64,000 nucleotides of DNA from Porphyridium purpureum (Eukaryota). Under the pieces are notes generated by a model, which was not told the DNA's origin, searched no databases, and worked only from the letters and a program-made list of their open reading frames with translations. The stretch is from positions 1,736,001-1,800,000 of the forward strand of contig VRMN01000003.1 in NCBI GenBank assembly GCA_008690995.1, given 5' to 3'. Made by a program: the position numbers and the translations under genes. Positions 39,730 through 50,725 of this stretch are shown here, one piece after another; the stretch's first letter is position 1, and each line of letters starts with the position of its first letter.

Positions 39730-42220
39730 TGTATCGTGACTTATTCGCTCCGCCGTCTGAGGAACAGTGGAAGCCATCCATTCGCTCTTGCGACCGGAGC
39801 AAGCTGTCAAGAGGCCACGGGCATCCCGTTTGATTGCTATGAAGAATGTGAGAAACTCGAAGAGCCATCACGCTGACTTGCAGTTCGACGAGGGTTTCAA
39901 GCCAAAGCAGCAGCATCGGCGGAGAGCGCACCATCCGCGTGCGTCGTATGGCACAATCGGTCTTTGATTTACTGTACATGACCCTTATTTTGCTCCGAAC
40001 TGCACTAGCTCTTACAATCATGCACTCCTCGCGCTCTAATCATGGCACGTCGAGCTATTACCGCTTCGAACCGCGCAAGTCTTTCAATGGTGCTCCAGCG
40101 CTCTTCTTCGCTCATATCCTCATCGAGCTTGTCGCGCATGTTCTGGATGCGTGAGATCAGAATTGACGGGCGCCAAACCTCTTCTGACGAGTGCGCGCGT
40201 TCCACGGCGGATGTTTCTTTGGCTACAGTCACAGATGACGGCGCACCGCTCGGGGTCGTCGAATCCAGCCGTCGCGACTGCACAGAGCGCTCGAGGTCAA
40301 CGTCCTGTGGCACTTCATCGCTACTCACTTGTGTGCTGCCGAAAGTTGATGAGCGTGTCCCAGATGGCTTGGAAGTCAGCGACCGTGCCGCGGCCGGACC
40401 TGGTTTCCGTTGGAGCGTCTCACAACGCACGGTGTTCATAGTGGATACAAAACAGTGCCGCTCCGCGTCGATGCGTTCGGAGCGAGTGCCTGCCATACTG
40501 TGGCCAGCAGCATCCCATCCATGCCTGTCGACGTCGCGCGAAAGCGGTGAGGCATGCCTGCGACCGGAATCGGCCCTTTTGAGCTCCTTCCACAAATCAG
40601 GTTCAAGATTACGGCGACGTGCGCATCGCAGCGACGAAAAAATCTGGAGTTTGAGAAGAAGGTGTGGATGAGAACGCGCGAAAATGTAGAAATAGATGGT
40701 CTCTTCGCCGGTTGAGTGGTCCACAAGCGTCGACGTTTGATTCCATTGCACAGGACGTGCGCTGTGTCGTTGCTCGGTCGTTTACGGAAGCTCACCCTCA
40801 GCGCATGCTCCAGCACTTGGTCAACATGTGCGAAAAGGAGCTGATTTACTAGGAAGTGAAGGAAGTGATTGGTGGATACGGCGAGTGCAGAGAAACGTGG
40901 ACGGCGGAATCACCACACGAATTCAGGACGCTGTGGAAGGTGTAAGACAAGTGCAAGTGTTCCAATGATGAAACAACGTCGCGCCACTATGCGCTGCGTC
41001 TGCCCGGAAAGATTCTTTATGGTCTGCAATAATGCGCGAGTTGTGTATTCGTGTGCGTTTGTGATGTCCGCGTCGGTATGCGCGACGTGATAAGCGTTGT
41101 CCACGTTTGATGGAGCACGAGGAATCAAAAATTCCGGATGTCGGTCCGCCCACTTGCTCAGAGTTGTGCAGGACTTTGCCTTCACATTCCATGTGGTGGA
41201 ACTCAAAGTGGGAATCAATGTGTAAAGGTGTGTCGACTCAGCAGTTGCGTGATTGACAGTATCTGAAGAATAAGAAACCCCGAGACACTGTCCTACGACT
41301 CGCGTTCATACGGCTGCCACAATTTTAAACAGAGCACAAGAGCTCCTACCACAAGCTGCCAAGAGGCGCGTGACACCATGCCTACACGCAGCGAAGGTAG
41401 AAATATTCGAATCTCGGCTCTCGATAGCCAGTTTAGATGCGCCTTGCGTCCTTGACGTGCAGCAGACGTCCCAGAGCGACTAGCGCGTCGGGCGTCGAAG
41501 AAGCGAACGTGACGAGCAATTGCATCGCTCACGCCACTGCCGAAGCGCACCAGCGTGATTGTGCGTGCCGAACGTTTGATCCCGTGTATCACCCGGCTGA
41601 GCCAAAGACACATTCGTTGTCACACCTGTAGACACCGCATTCGATTTGCTGGTACTTGCGGCAAGTTGTTGGAGAAGAATACACTAGCAGCGACACATGT
41701 CGTTCGGATCAGATGCATCACCTCGTAGAGTGAAGGAGAGTTCCACGGTGAGGGGCCCGGTCAGTCGGTGGCCATTCGCGCTCGGAAACGCATGCGCTTG
41801 CCAGTGTCCAAAATTCGCAATGCTGCTTTCCAGTCTATATCAAAAACCGTGGAGCGGGGAAATGCGCATTGCCGCTCGCGTACGGAATCAGAATTGCGTG
41901 TCACGAGAGGAATTGATCCTTTGGTTGAAGTTTCGTTCTCGAGAGCGCTCATTGAACTGCTACAGGTTTTCGAGGCGAATGCGTACTTGCCGTGCGGAGC
42001 AGCGCAAGACACAGGGCGAATACACGCATGCACGTTTGCTGAAAGAAGAACGCTGCTTCCTTTGAAAGCGATTCTAAATGGAACACGTTCACCCGTGATC
42101 CCGAGGGAAAACTGCGAGGTCCCGCGAATAACAGACTCGACGTGCTGAACGAGTCCAACCTCAGACAAAACGACCTTCGACACTCGGCGCGTAATCTTCG
42201 GCTTCATACCCCCCAGATGA
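39730..42220. mobile_element. scrambled, decayed Ty1/copia-like RT/RNase H remnants
   Basis: Minus 41628-42220 reads MKPKITRRVSKV..VIRGTSQFSLG..FASKTCSSSMSALENE..TVFDIDWKAALRIL..HLIRTTCVAASVF, colinear with the copia RT C-terminus/RNase H (TRPDI..VS, YLKGT, WxSKKQ..AxSTxEAE, DNxAA, PT...ADxxTK). Minus ~40680-40750 NQTSTLVD..GEETI resembles the RVT_2 start. Confidence 0.45.
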
Positions 42221-42477
42221 ACCGGTAAGAATTCTCGACAAAGTGGACCTGCTTTGATAGAAATATGTGTATAGCAAAATAAGCCTTTTGTTTAATGCCT
42301 TTTACTATCATCAAGAATGCCTATTTTCGTATAAAAGAGGTTAAATGACTAAAACGGTTTACGATCGAAGCAGAACGTGCAGCCGGGTCATGCGCTGATG
42401 GTGGATAAACCGGAACACGAGCCGGTAGCCATCACGCTACGACATCAAGAGATGCGAGTGCGTGTTCGTTTAGATCC

Positions 42478-43503
42478 ATGGCGCCATGTGCCAAGATGGA
42501 TCACCTTCCTCTGGCATGGGCACCAGTGGGTGATGTTGTGTGCCGAACAGCGTTTGAGGCCGTGGGCACTTGGATGAGGCGAGATGGCAAACGCTTCCGA
42601 GATTCCCGCTGCTTGCTGCGCCAAGCTCGCTGCAAGCGCGCCATTGCAGCCACATCCCGAAACACGCATGGTGCAGTGGACTGGGAGTCTTTTCGGCTCG
42701 AGCAATGGGACCAAATGCGCCACAACTTGGATGGTGATTGGCGTGGTCCCATTGAGAAGCTGACTTTCCCCGCCGGAGAGGGAGGCATGGTGCACGTATC
42801 CGAACACGGCCAGGCTCACTACATTGTCCGCTTTGCTGCCGACGGCAAAACAGGCCTGTGGGAGGGGAAAAGACTTCTGGAGCAAGGCCGGCCGTCGGAA
42901 TACCGCATTCCTCTCAGCCGTGCCAATTTCAACCCGGCCAAAGGTATTTTTAACTTCAAAGGGATCTCAGGCCAGTACGGAGTGACCCCAACGGGAGAGT
43001 TTGTGATCGAAACAAATTTCTTGGGCTCAGATCACACCCGTCGCATGATTATCCTCCGTTGGCGCGCGAGCGATGAACCGGGACGGCCGCCACTCCAAGC
43101 CGTGACCTGGTGCGGCTTTCGCAATTTTGACGCTACAGATTGGGTCCCTGTAGTCAACCGCCAGTCCCCTCCTGTTGAGGAGCTCATTGACTGGCTTGCC
43201 CAGAACCCAGAACCAACAATCATCCAAGCGCTCGCTGCCAGCTCGGGAACCTTACAACCCGTTTCGCTCTCGCACCCAGAAGTCATGACCGCGGCGCAGC
43301 TCGCCGAGATGACTGTGACTATGATCAATGATGGCCTATTCATTGCCGTTTGTGGTACGTCCAGCGAGGCAAACTGGCATTTTGTTCTTGGACGCTGCCA
43401 TCCTCGACGAGACTCTTTGCATCTTCTTCATGTCGCAGTTGCAGGCCGCCGACCGACTCGACTGAGCTCGACCCTTTTCGGCCAGGTCGGAAGCATACGA
43501 TAA
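42478..43503 (+). CDS. putative plastid protein, DUF3598/BFA1-like beta-barrel
   Basis: Intact 341-aa ORF; basic N-terminal extension; EQWDQMRHNLDGDWRG and IETNFLGSDHTRRMIILRW resemble cyanobacterial DUF3598 blocks. Family call tentative. Confidence 0.6.
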   Translation: MAPCAKMDHLPLAWAPVGDVVCRTAFEAVGTWMRRDGKRFRDSRCLLRQARCKRAIAATSRNTHGAVDWESFRLEQWDQMRHNLDGDWRGPIEKLTFPAGEGGMVHVSEHGQAHYIVRFAADGKTGLWEGKRLLEQGRPSEYRIPLSRANFNPAKGIFNFKGISGQYGVTPTGEFVIETNFLGSDHTRRMIILRWRASDEPGRPPLQAVTWCGFRNFDATDWVPVVNRQSPPVEELIDWLAQNPEPTIIQALAASSGTLQPVSLSHPEVMTAAQLAEMTVTMINDGLFIAVCGTSSEANWHFVLGRCHPRRDSLHLLHVAVAGRRPTRLSSTLFGQVGSIR

Positions 43504-43720
43504 AGCGCAACGTTGGTGTCTCGAACATGAACAACCCATGGTCGCCTGTCTACACACCAACCCAACATCCAACATCCGAAGACCCACGACACACGCTCGC
43601 TTGCGTCCACTTCTCGAAGCAGATTGTCATTGACATTGCATTGTCATCTTTTAAATCTTTGACATCCTGTAACTTTGAAAGATGACGCGCGGCCCCGCAT
43701 TCCATGATGACACACCGCCG

Positions 43721-43862
43721 TGGCGCGAATTGGCGTGCGCGAGTTTTTGCGCGTCGGAAGCGAAAGCGGTGGTGCGGGCGCGAAAAGTTGGGGGTGGGGC
43801 CACGCGTTTGGAAAGCCGGGCATTCTTCGCACCTTCGCGCGGGCCTGCGACGCGTATATAAC
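43721..43862 (+). promoter_or_regulatory. RNR1 promoter with E2F-like and ACGCGT (MCB-like) sites and TATA-like element
   Basis: TGGCGCGAA at 43721, GCGCGAAA at 43778, ACGCGT at 43802 and 43850, TATATAA at 43855. Confidence 0.5.
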
Positions 43863-44034
43863 CGCCACTCGGGGCTGGGCTCTGCCGGAAAGCTGCTGCA
43901 CCCGCAAGGAACGAGGAAGGTGGGAGGCACGGAGCCGGAGAGAAGGAAACGAGACGCTGGTGAGATTTCGGAAGGACAGAAAGCGGAGTGTTGGGTTGGA
44001 GCGACGAGAGAGAGGGATTGAGACGGGGGGGGAG

Positions 44035-46434
44035 ATGGAGCGGGTCGTCGTGAAGCGCGACGGGCGCCGGCAGCCGGTCAAGTTTGACAAGATCACGGCT
44101 AGGATTAAAAAGTTGGCGTACGGGCTGGACGAGCTGGTCGATGTGACCGAGGTGGCGCAAAAGGTGTGCGCAGGAGTTTACGACGGAGTGCACACGTCGG
44201 AGCTCGATGACCTCGCTGCTGAGACGGCGGCGTACATGAGTACGCGCCACTCGGACTACTCGCTTCTGGCTTCGCGCATTGCGGTGTCCAACTTGCACAA
44301 GAACACGCTCAAGTCGTTCTCGCAGACCGTGACACTTCTGTACGACTTTGTGCTGCCCAAGACCGGGCAGAAGGCTCCGCTCATCAGTGACGACGCGTAC
44401 GATGTCATTCAGAAGCACGCCGAGACGCTCGATGCGGCGATCATTTACGACCGCGATTTCTGCTACGACTACTTTGGGTTCAAGACGCTCGAACGTTCGT
44501 ACCTTTTGCGCATGAACGGACAGGTGGTGGAGCGACCGCAGCACATGCTGATGCGCGTGGCAGTAGGCATCCACATGCACGACATCCCGAGCGTTCTCGA
44601 GACGTACGAAATGTTGTCGCAAAAGTTCTTCACGCATGCCTCGCCGACTTTGTTCAATGCAAGCACGCCGCGCCCGCAGCTCAGCTCGTGCTTTCTGCTG
44701 ACCATGAAAGAAGACTCGATCGAAGGCATCTATGATACGCTGAAGCGCTGCGCGGTGATTTCCAAGTCAGCCGGCGGCATCGGTCTCTCCATTTCGAACA
44801 TCCGTGCCACCAAGAGCTACATTCGGGGCACAAATGGCTCGTCAAACGGCATTGTACCAATGCTGCGAGTGTACAATGACACAGCGCGTTACGTGGATCA
44901 GGGCGGTGGTAAGCGCAAAGGTGCGTTTGCCTGCTACATTGAGCCGTGGCACGCCGACATTTTTGAGTTCCTCGACCTGCGCAAGAACCACGGCAAGGAA
45001 GAGTCACGTGCGCGTGATCTCTTTTACGCGCTGTGGACGCCGGACCTGTTCATGAAGCGAGTGGAGGAGGACGGACAGTGGAGCCTCTTCTGCCCCAACG
45101 AAGCGCCGGGACTGTGCGACACGTGGGGTCCGGACTTCGAGGCGCTGTACACCAAGTACGAAAACGAAGGCCGCGCGCGCGAGACGATTCCGGCGCGCAA
45201 ACTGTGGTTTGCGGTGCTTGACTCGCAGATTGAGACCGGCACACCGTACATGCTGTACAAGGATGCCGCCAACTCAAAGTCGAACCAGCAGAACCTCGGC
45301 ACAATCCGCAGCAGCAATTTGTGCACAGAAATCATTGAGTACACAGCACCTGACGAGGTGGCCGTGTGCAACTTGGCGTCCATTGCGCTGAATATGTTTG
45401 TCAAGCAGCAACCGGACGCCGGCACAGGCGGCACAAATCAGACCCCATTCTACGACCATGAGGCGCTCGCCAAAGTGACCAAGCAGGTGACACGCAACCT
45501 GAACCGCATCATTGATGTCAATTACTACCCTGTGGAGGAGGCGAAGAACTCGAACATGCGCCATCGCCCGATTGGGCTTGGGGTTCAGGGGCTAGCTGAC
45601 ACGTTTATCCTCATGCGCCTCCCATTCGAGAGCCACGAGGCACAAGAGCTCAATCGTGATATCTTCGAGACGATTTACTTTGCTGCGTGTGAGGCTTCAA
45701 TGGAGCTGGCGCAAGAGCACGGTTCGTATGAAACATTTGCTGGCTCTCCCGCATCAGAAGGCAAACTTCAGTTTGATTTGTGGGGCGTGACGCCGGCGTC
45801 CGGGCGATACGATTGGGCAGCGCTCAAGCAAAAAATCCTTGAGCACGGCTTGCGCAACTCGCTCTTGGTAGCGCCCATGCCGACTGCTTCCACGTCGCAG
45901 ATTCTGGGTAACAACGAGTGCTTTGAACCGTACACGTCAAACATCTACACGCGCCGCGTTCTCGCGGGCGAGTTCGCCGTTGTTAACAAGCATTTGCTGA
46001 GTGATCTGCAGAGTCTTGGCCTTTGGAACAATGCGACGAAGAACAAGATCATCGCAAACAATGGTTCAGTACAAAGCCTGACGGAGATTCCGGCTGAGCT
46101 GCGTGAACTTTACAAAACCGTTTGGGAAATTTCGCAGAAGACATTGTTGAAGATGGCGGCCGACCGTGGCGCGTTCATCGACCAAAGCATGAGCTTGAAT
46201 GTGCATATGGCTGCCCCCAACGCAGGCAAGCTGTCCTCCATGCACTTTTACGGATGGAAACTGGGCCTCAAGACCGGTATGTATTACTTGCGCACCCGTC
46301 CCGCTGCCAATGCGATTCAGTTCACTATTGACCCAAAGCTGGTGAAGGATGAAAATCAGCTCCGGGTCGATGCGCAGGCCGCCATGATGTGCTCGCTTGA
46401 GAATAAGGATGACTGCATGTCGTGCGGCAGCTAG
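44035..46434 (+). CDS. RNR1: ribonucleoside-diphosphate reductase large subunit (class Ia)
   Basis: ATP cone [71 protein letters not shown]-terminal CMSCGS. Confidence 0.97.
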   Translation: MERVVVKRDGRRQPVKFDKITARIKKLAYGLDELVDVTEVAQKVCAGVYDGVHTSELDDLAAETAAYMSTRHSDYSLLASRIAVSNLHKNTLKSFSQTVTLLYDFVLPKTGQKAPLISDDAYDVIQKHAETLDAAIIYDRDFCYDYFGFKTLERSYLLRMNGQVVERPQHMLMRVAVGIHMHDIPSVLETYEMLSQKFFTHASPTLFNASTPRPQLSSCFLLTMKEDSIEGIYDTLKRCAVISKSAGGIGLSISNIRATKSYIRGTNGSSNGIVPMLRVYNDTARYVDQGGGKRKGAFACYIEPWHADIFEFLDLRKNHGKEESRARDLFYALWTPDLFMKRVEEDGQWSLFCPNEAPGLCDTWGPDFEALYTKYENEGRARETIPARKLWFAVLDSQIETGTPYMLYKDAANSKSNQQNLGTIRSSNLCTEIIEYTAPDEVAVCNLASIALNMFVKQQPDAGTGGTNQTPFYDHEALAKVTKQVTRNLNRIIDVNYYPVEEAKNSNMRHRPIGLGVQGLADTFILMRLPFESHEAQELNRDIFETIYFAACEASMELAQEHGSYETFAGSPASEGKLQFDLWGVTPASGRYDWAALKQKILEHGLRNSLLVAPMPTASTSQILGNNECFEPYTSNIYTRRVLAGEFAVVNKHLLSDLQSLGLWNNATKNKIIANNGSVQSLTEIPAELRELYKTVWEISQKTLLKMAADRGAFIDQSMSLNVHMAAPNAGKLSSMHFYGWKLGLKTGMYYLRTRPAANAIQFTIDPKLVKDENQLRVDAQAAMMCSLENKDDCMSCGS

Positions 46435-47249
46435 AAGCGCCGCAAGACGGTTTCAATTGCAGACGCGTTTTCAAGCTGTCGGAACGGAGCATGCAAAAAG
46501 TTCTCTGGCTGGTATGCGAATTTTTTTTGGACTTGATGCGGCCGCTCAGCGCATCCATGGCGACTTGCTCCGGTCAAGGCGCTTGGCGCAGGTACGCTCT
46601 TTATTTCTTTTAGTCAATTATTTGTCTCTGCTCGTGTCCATATGAAATCCGAGCTTTTCCGTCCCGCCATCCCTAGCCTTCCGTGCCGTTTGCGGCTCTT
46701 GTTTCGACTCTAGCGTTGCGCATCGTGACACGTAGATTTGGGCTTCGAATTGTAAATGCGATGAGAAAGGTCTCGTATTCATTTAACATCTTCTGCGGGC
46801 GACTAAGCGTCATCCACCATTCGGGAGTAGACATCCGACACTCAGCAGCACAATGCCACTCTGGCCACACATGTTGGCAAGAGCAGGTCGGTAATTGCAA
46901 GTATGCTTGGCTGCAGAGCGGAGTCCTGGCCCCTGCCTATGGCATTTAATCAGAAGTCAAAATGTTTGTTGTGGCACCCACCGCGCAAGGCAGCAGAGCG
47001 GATCAATTGTTGCTCTTGTAGCACGGTCGAGCGAGAGAATGAGTCGCATTGTCATTTAGTGCTCGCAGGCAACGCAAGCACGGCAGCCGACGTATGGTGC
47101 TCGCGCTCGTGTTTGTCTGCGGAGAATGGGTCTTTGAGGGTATTTTTGCCGGTTGCTAAGGTTCAGAGTCTAATGTCTGAAAGGCCAACGCCTGATTTGA
47201 CAGGAATGCCAAGAATACACAGCAAGAGAAAAGAAAGGTCGATCAAGTG

Positions 47250-50200
47250 CATGGTTTTTCCATACGAAGCTGGACACTGATGCGGACAAAGGTCGTCCGG
47301 ACGGAAAAGGAACAGGAAAGCGAGAAAACACTCTTAGAAGAGGTGTAATCGGTCGCAAAGGAAAAGCCGTGGCGGTTGGCCGAGGACATTCTGGAGACTA
47401 TTGCCGGAAGTTTTTGGGACCACCAGGCTTTTATGTCGCCTGGTTGGGCGACCGTGTGCAAAGAAATGACACCAATGGACTGTGAAATGAATGAGCTAAA
47501 GTGTATGGGTGCGAGCTGGGCAGGTAGGCAATTCGAAGACCCCGTTTCGCGCCACGTACGACCAGAGGAACTCACGAACAGGAGGAGCGACTTTGACGTG
47601 CTGGCAAAATCATCATCGAGATCAGTATGGCGGATATCAAGCCATCGGATGATACCCAGGCTCGTGAACTCATGCTGGTCCGGGTAAGACAATCAGTGCC
47701 AGCGGACGTCACCGCTTCTTTCTCCACTGACATCACCAAAGACTCGCGCCTCATCAAGCTCATTCGACGCAAAATTCAAGTGCCGAGCATCCTTGGTCTG
47801 AATACGATGATGACCGATGCAGACAAAGCACGGAAGCGCATCGGCTGTCTTCGCGTGCGCGAAGTTTCAACAAAAACATGAGAAGAAGATCGCTCGAGCA
47901 CTCCAGACCTTCGAACAGCAGGATTAAAGAACGCCGACTGCCGGCGTCAAAACAAGACAGGGCAGGCACACAAGCCGGAGACCCTCCACGCCTACGTGCT
48001 TGAACTGCGAGATTATGCAGGTTATATGCTTCAGGAAGCCATTGCGCTTACCACAAAAATGTTTGCCTTGGTCAGGTTGGCGTGTTGTCATCTGCGGATT
48101 CTGTAAATTTGAAAGGCTGCATGATGAAACAACAGAACGATTCTCCGCGGTTCGCTTGCATCGCTACATCCTGCCATCTCCGCTCTCCTTCATTCTGATG
48201 AACACATTCGGCGCCCCATCGAGGGAGATTTTCGCGCCGCCTTCAGAGGAGGACTGTCGCTTCATTCTTATCGAGACGCTGACCGCTGGGAAAGGCTCCA
48301 AGCGGGCAAAAGGGGAGCTTGCGGTATTCTTGCGGCGTGCAGTTTACCATAGAAGGTTGCCTTACGCTCGCCATGAACCGCACTCCCCCACACAAAGTTC
48401 CGACATCACACATCACTTGGCTCTTTCTCAAATGCGAGCATGCGAAAGACGCGGGCGCCCTGGCACATTGACGATCGTAAAGATGGGCATTTTGGATATG
48501 CAGCGACGCCTACAGTCTGACGAGGTGCTGTTCCACCTGAGTAACATGGTGCTTGTGACTATCTTTGCCGTCAGTCAACGCCAAGCGTGCTTGCCGATAG
48601 CACGTTGCAATGCGCCATGAGCGATTCTGCAGAGGTACATCAGTATAATTGATGTCGATGCGCGCCTAAACATACTCTGGAGTCCGCACATGTAAGTAAA
48701 TCCACCGTTGTCTCTCCTCGAGAAGGGTGGGATTACGGCTGTACTGGTACTGCTTTCACAACCGCCGAATGCGCACATTTGGGCGCAGGAATCCAGGTGT
48801 CGCCAAGGTCGCTCAGATGCTTCACAAACTGCTCGCTATTGCAAATGTCCGTCGACCCATACAAGACTGGTCGTCCTGGCTTCAAACGGTCTCTGATATT
48901 CTGCTTCTCGACATACTTTCCTCCGCCCTTGATAAACAAAATTGCGCCCCTGAACGGCGTACGAGCGTGCTCCCTGGATGTCGAGTCCATGGCGGGCGCA
49001 CGGTTGTGCTGCCACCAGGTGAGTTGGGGTCAAAGAAACGAAAGTCACGAGTCAGCTCACTCTGCTTGTTCTTGAAAAGAGCATCTAGCATGCGCGAGGC
49101 CGCGAGTGCCTTGTCTTCCTCAATGATCAGCTTGCTAAAGTCTGCATTATCTGTGTCAGTCCATTGACATCATGCTATACAACGGATGATCTGACGCTCT
49201 CCAACTGGAACGGCGCTTTCGGCTGCAATGAGCCGCGCTGGATTGGCGCAGTGCGCGCGGCTTTCAGCACGGATGTCAGTGCAGCGATTCTCTTCATGTG
49301 GTCTATCGCGGTCACATCCGTACATTCCTTGATCGCTAAGGTCGTCCTCAACTCACCGACTGCCGCGCGAGACTCCTCCGCCTGCAGAATGGAATGGATG
49401 AGCAGCAGCCGCAGCTTGTCCAGAAGCCAGCCTTCGCCGACAATCATGCGCTCGAAAACCGCTGCCGTGGCTACCGATTTGGAGCTTCTACCTGAAAGTA
49501 CCCTTGGTGCCACCCTGCGCTTCTACGGTTCCGGCAACCGCATGAGCGGCGCCAGAATATCGCGTCCATTCTCGTCACACACTAGCACGTTCCAGACCTG
49601 TGACTGCTGCTGTCGATGATGATGCGGGTCCCTGGTACTCCCATTACTCTCTGCACACGCAACCTCATCATCTTCACTCTAAACAAAGAACGGCCGATCC
49701 AAGGCTGCACGCTGAGTAACGCATGCCGAGAATTCTCGCGACTCAGCTGTCGACTCTCTCCGAGCGCGTCCTACCCCATCGCGCACTCCATCTGACACAC
49801 AATCCACGAGCCGGACCTTTACTATTCCTTTCCCCCGTGGGCACGGAAATATGTCTACAGCTGCGACCCATAGAACGCGTTGGTTCTTGATATCGAAGGC
49901 ACGCCCGGCCTGCTTTGCACCGACTCGCGGCGGTCTGGAGGAGTGTTGCGTACGCACGTTTCCGCACGTGCATCAGATGAAGAGCGCCTGACGCGGTCCT
50001 GGACGTTAGCAATCATCAATCAGCATGCCGCCTTGGACCGAGAGCAAAATGTGGTCCATGCCCGACCGCGACACGAGTGCAGGGGATACCGGCACATTCT
50101 TTGCCTGTACAGCTTCTGTTCGTACCATTGACGTCCGAGCAGCAGATCCAAAGGCATCGGCAAAACTTCTGCGCTCCTGCCGCGCAACACCGACGTGCAC

Positions 50201-50500
50201 AGCGTTCACATACTGCAGAAGACCACTCCTAGACATACTTGAACGCACACCTTCCGTTCCGCCACTATTCCTTACCAGCAACGATCCCGCGCGGTACAAG
50301 CGCATACATCTCGCGCCCAACATGGTCGCTCGCATTTGGCACGATCTCTGCCTGTGAGAATGTAGTGATACAAATGCACGCGCTCTGCGTGTATTCACGA
50401 TTCTGTGCGCACGCGCGCTTGGAACTGGTCTGTCGAGGAACTGGAGGCGTCGATCAATACACGCGAACAAGCCAAGCTGGGTAGAGCAGCGTCGATCCAG
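47250..50500. mobile_element. ORF-poor interval with decayed Ty1/copia-like gag/pol fragments on both strands
   Basis: Plus ~48080-48340 CKFERLHDETTERFSAVRL..REIFAPPSEED..CRFILIETLTAGKGSKRA resembles RVT_2. Minus fragments: RRDNGGF and NSEQFVKHLSDLG (integrase-like), IKECTDVTAIDHMKRIAALTSVLKAA (gag-like), GKGIVKVRL (pol-like). Many stops and frameshifts. Confidence 0.4.
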
Positions 50501-50665
50501 AACTGCTCTCGCGCCTCCACACCAGCTTGTCCTGCTTCCTCGTGCACACGGGCGACGCGCTCGCAACAGCCGTAAGTGATTTTCCTATAAAAACAACTCG
50601 TTTACCCATGTAGAACTTCCAAATAACTAGAACGCGTCGTTTGGCCATGGAATGGCGAGAGAGAA

Positions 50666-50721
50666 GTACAGTGTGAATGGAGGTACAGTTAATGTACAGT
50701 GCAGTGAGAATAAGGTACAGT
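50666..50721. repeat. four exact GTACAGT copies in 56 bp
   Basis: Copies at 50666, 50683, 50694 and 50715, immediately 3' of the TMEM62-like stop codon. Confidence 0.85.
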
Positions 50722-50725
50722 GATG

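Noticed and set aside
43651..44637. 328-aa minus-strand ORF
   Set aside because: Shadow of RNR1.
44035..46434. RNR1 as a possible viral or intein-containing gene
   Set aside because: Typical eukaryotic length and sequence, no insertion, no viral genes nearby.
50666..50721. Short repeats with spacers as a possible CRISPR-like array
   Set aside because: Repeats are only 7 bp with irregular 4-14 bp spacing, in a eukaryotic context with no cas genes.
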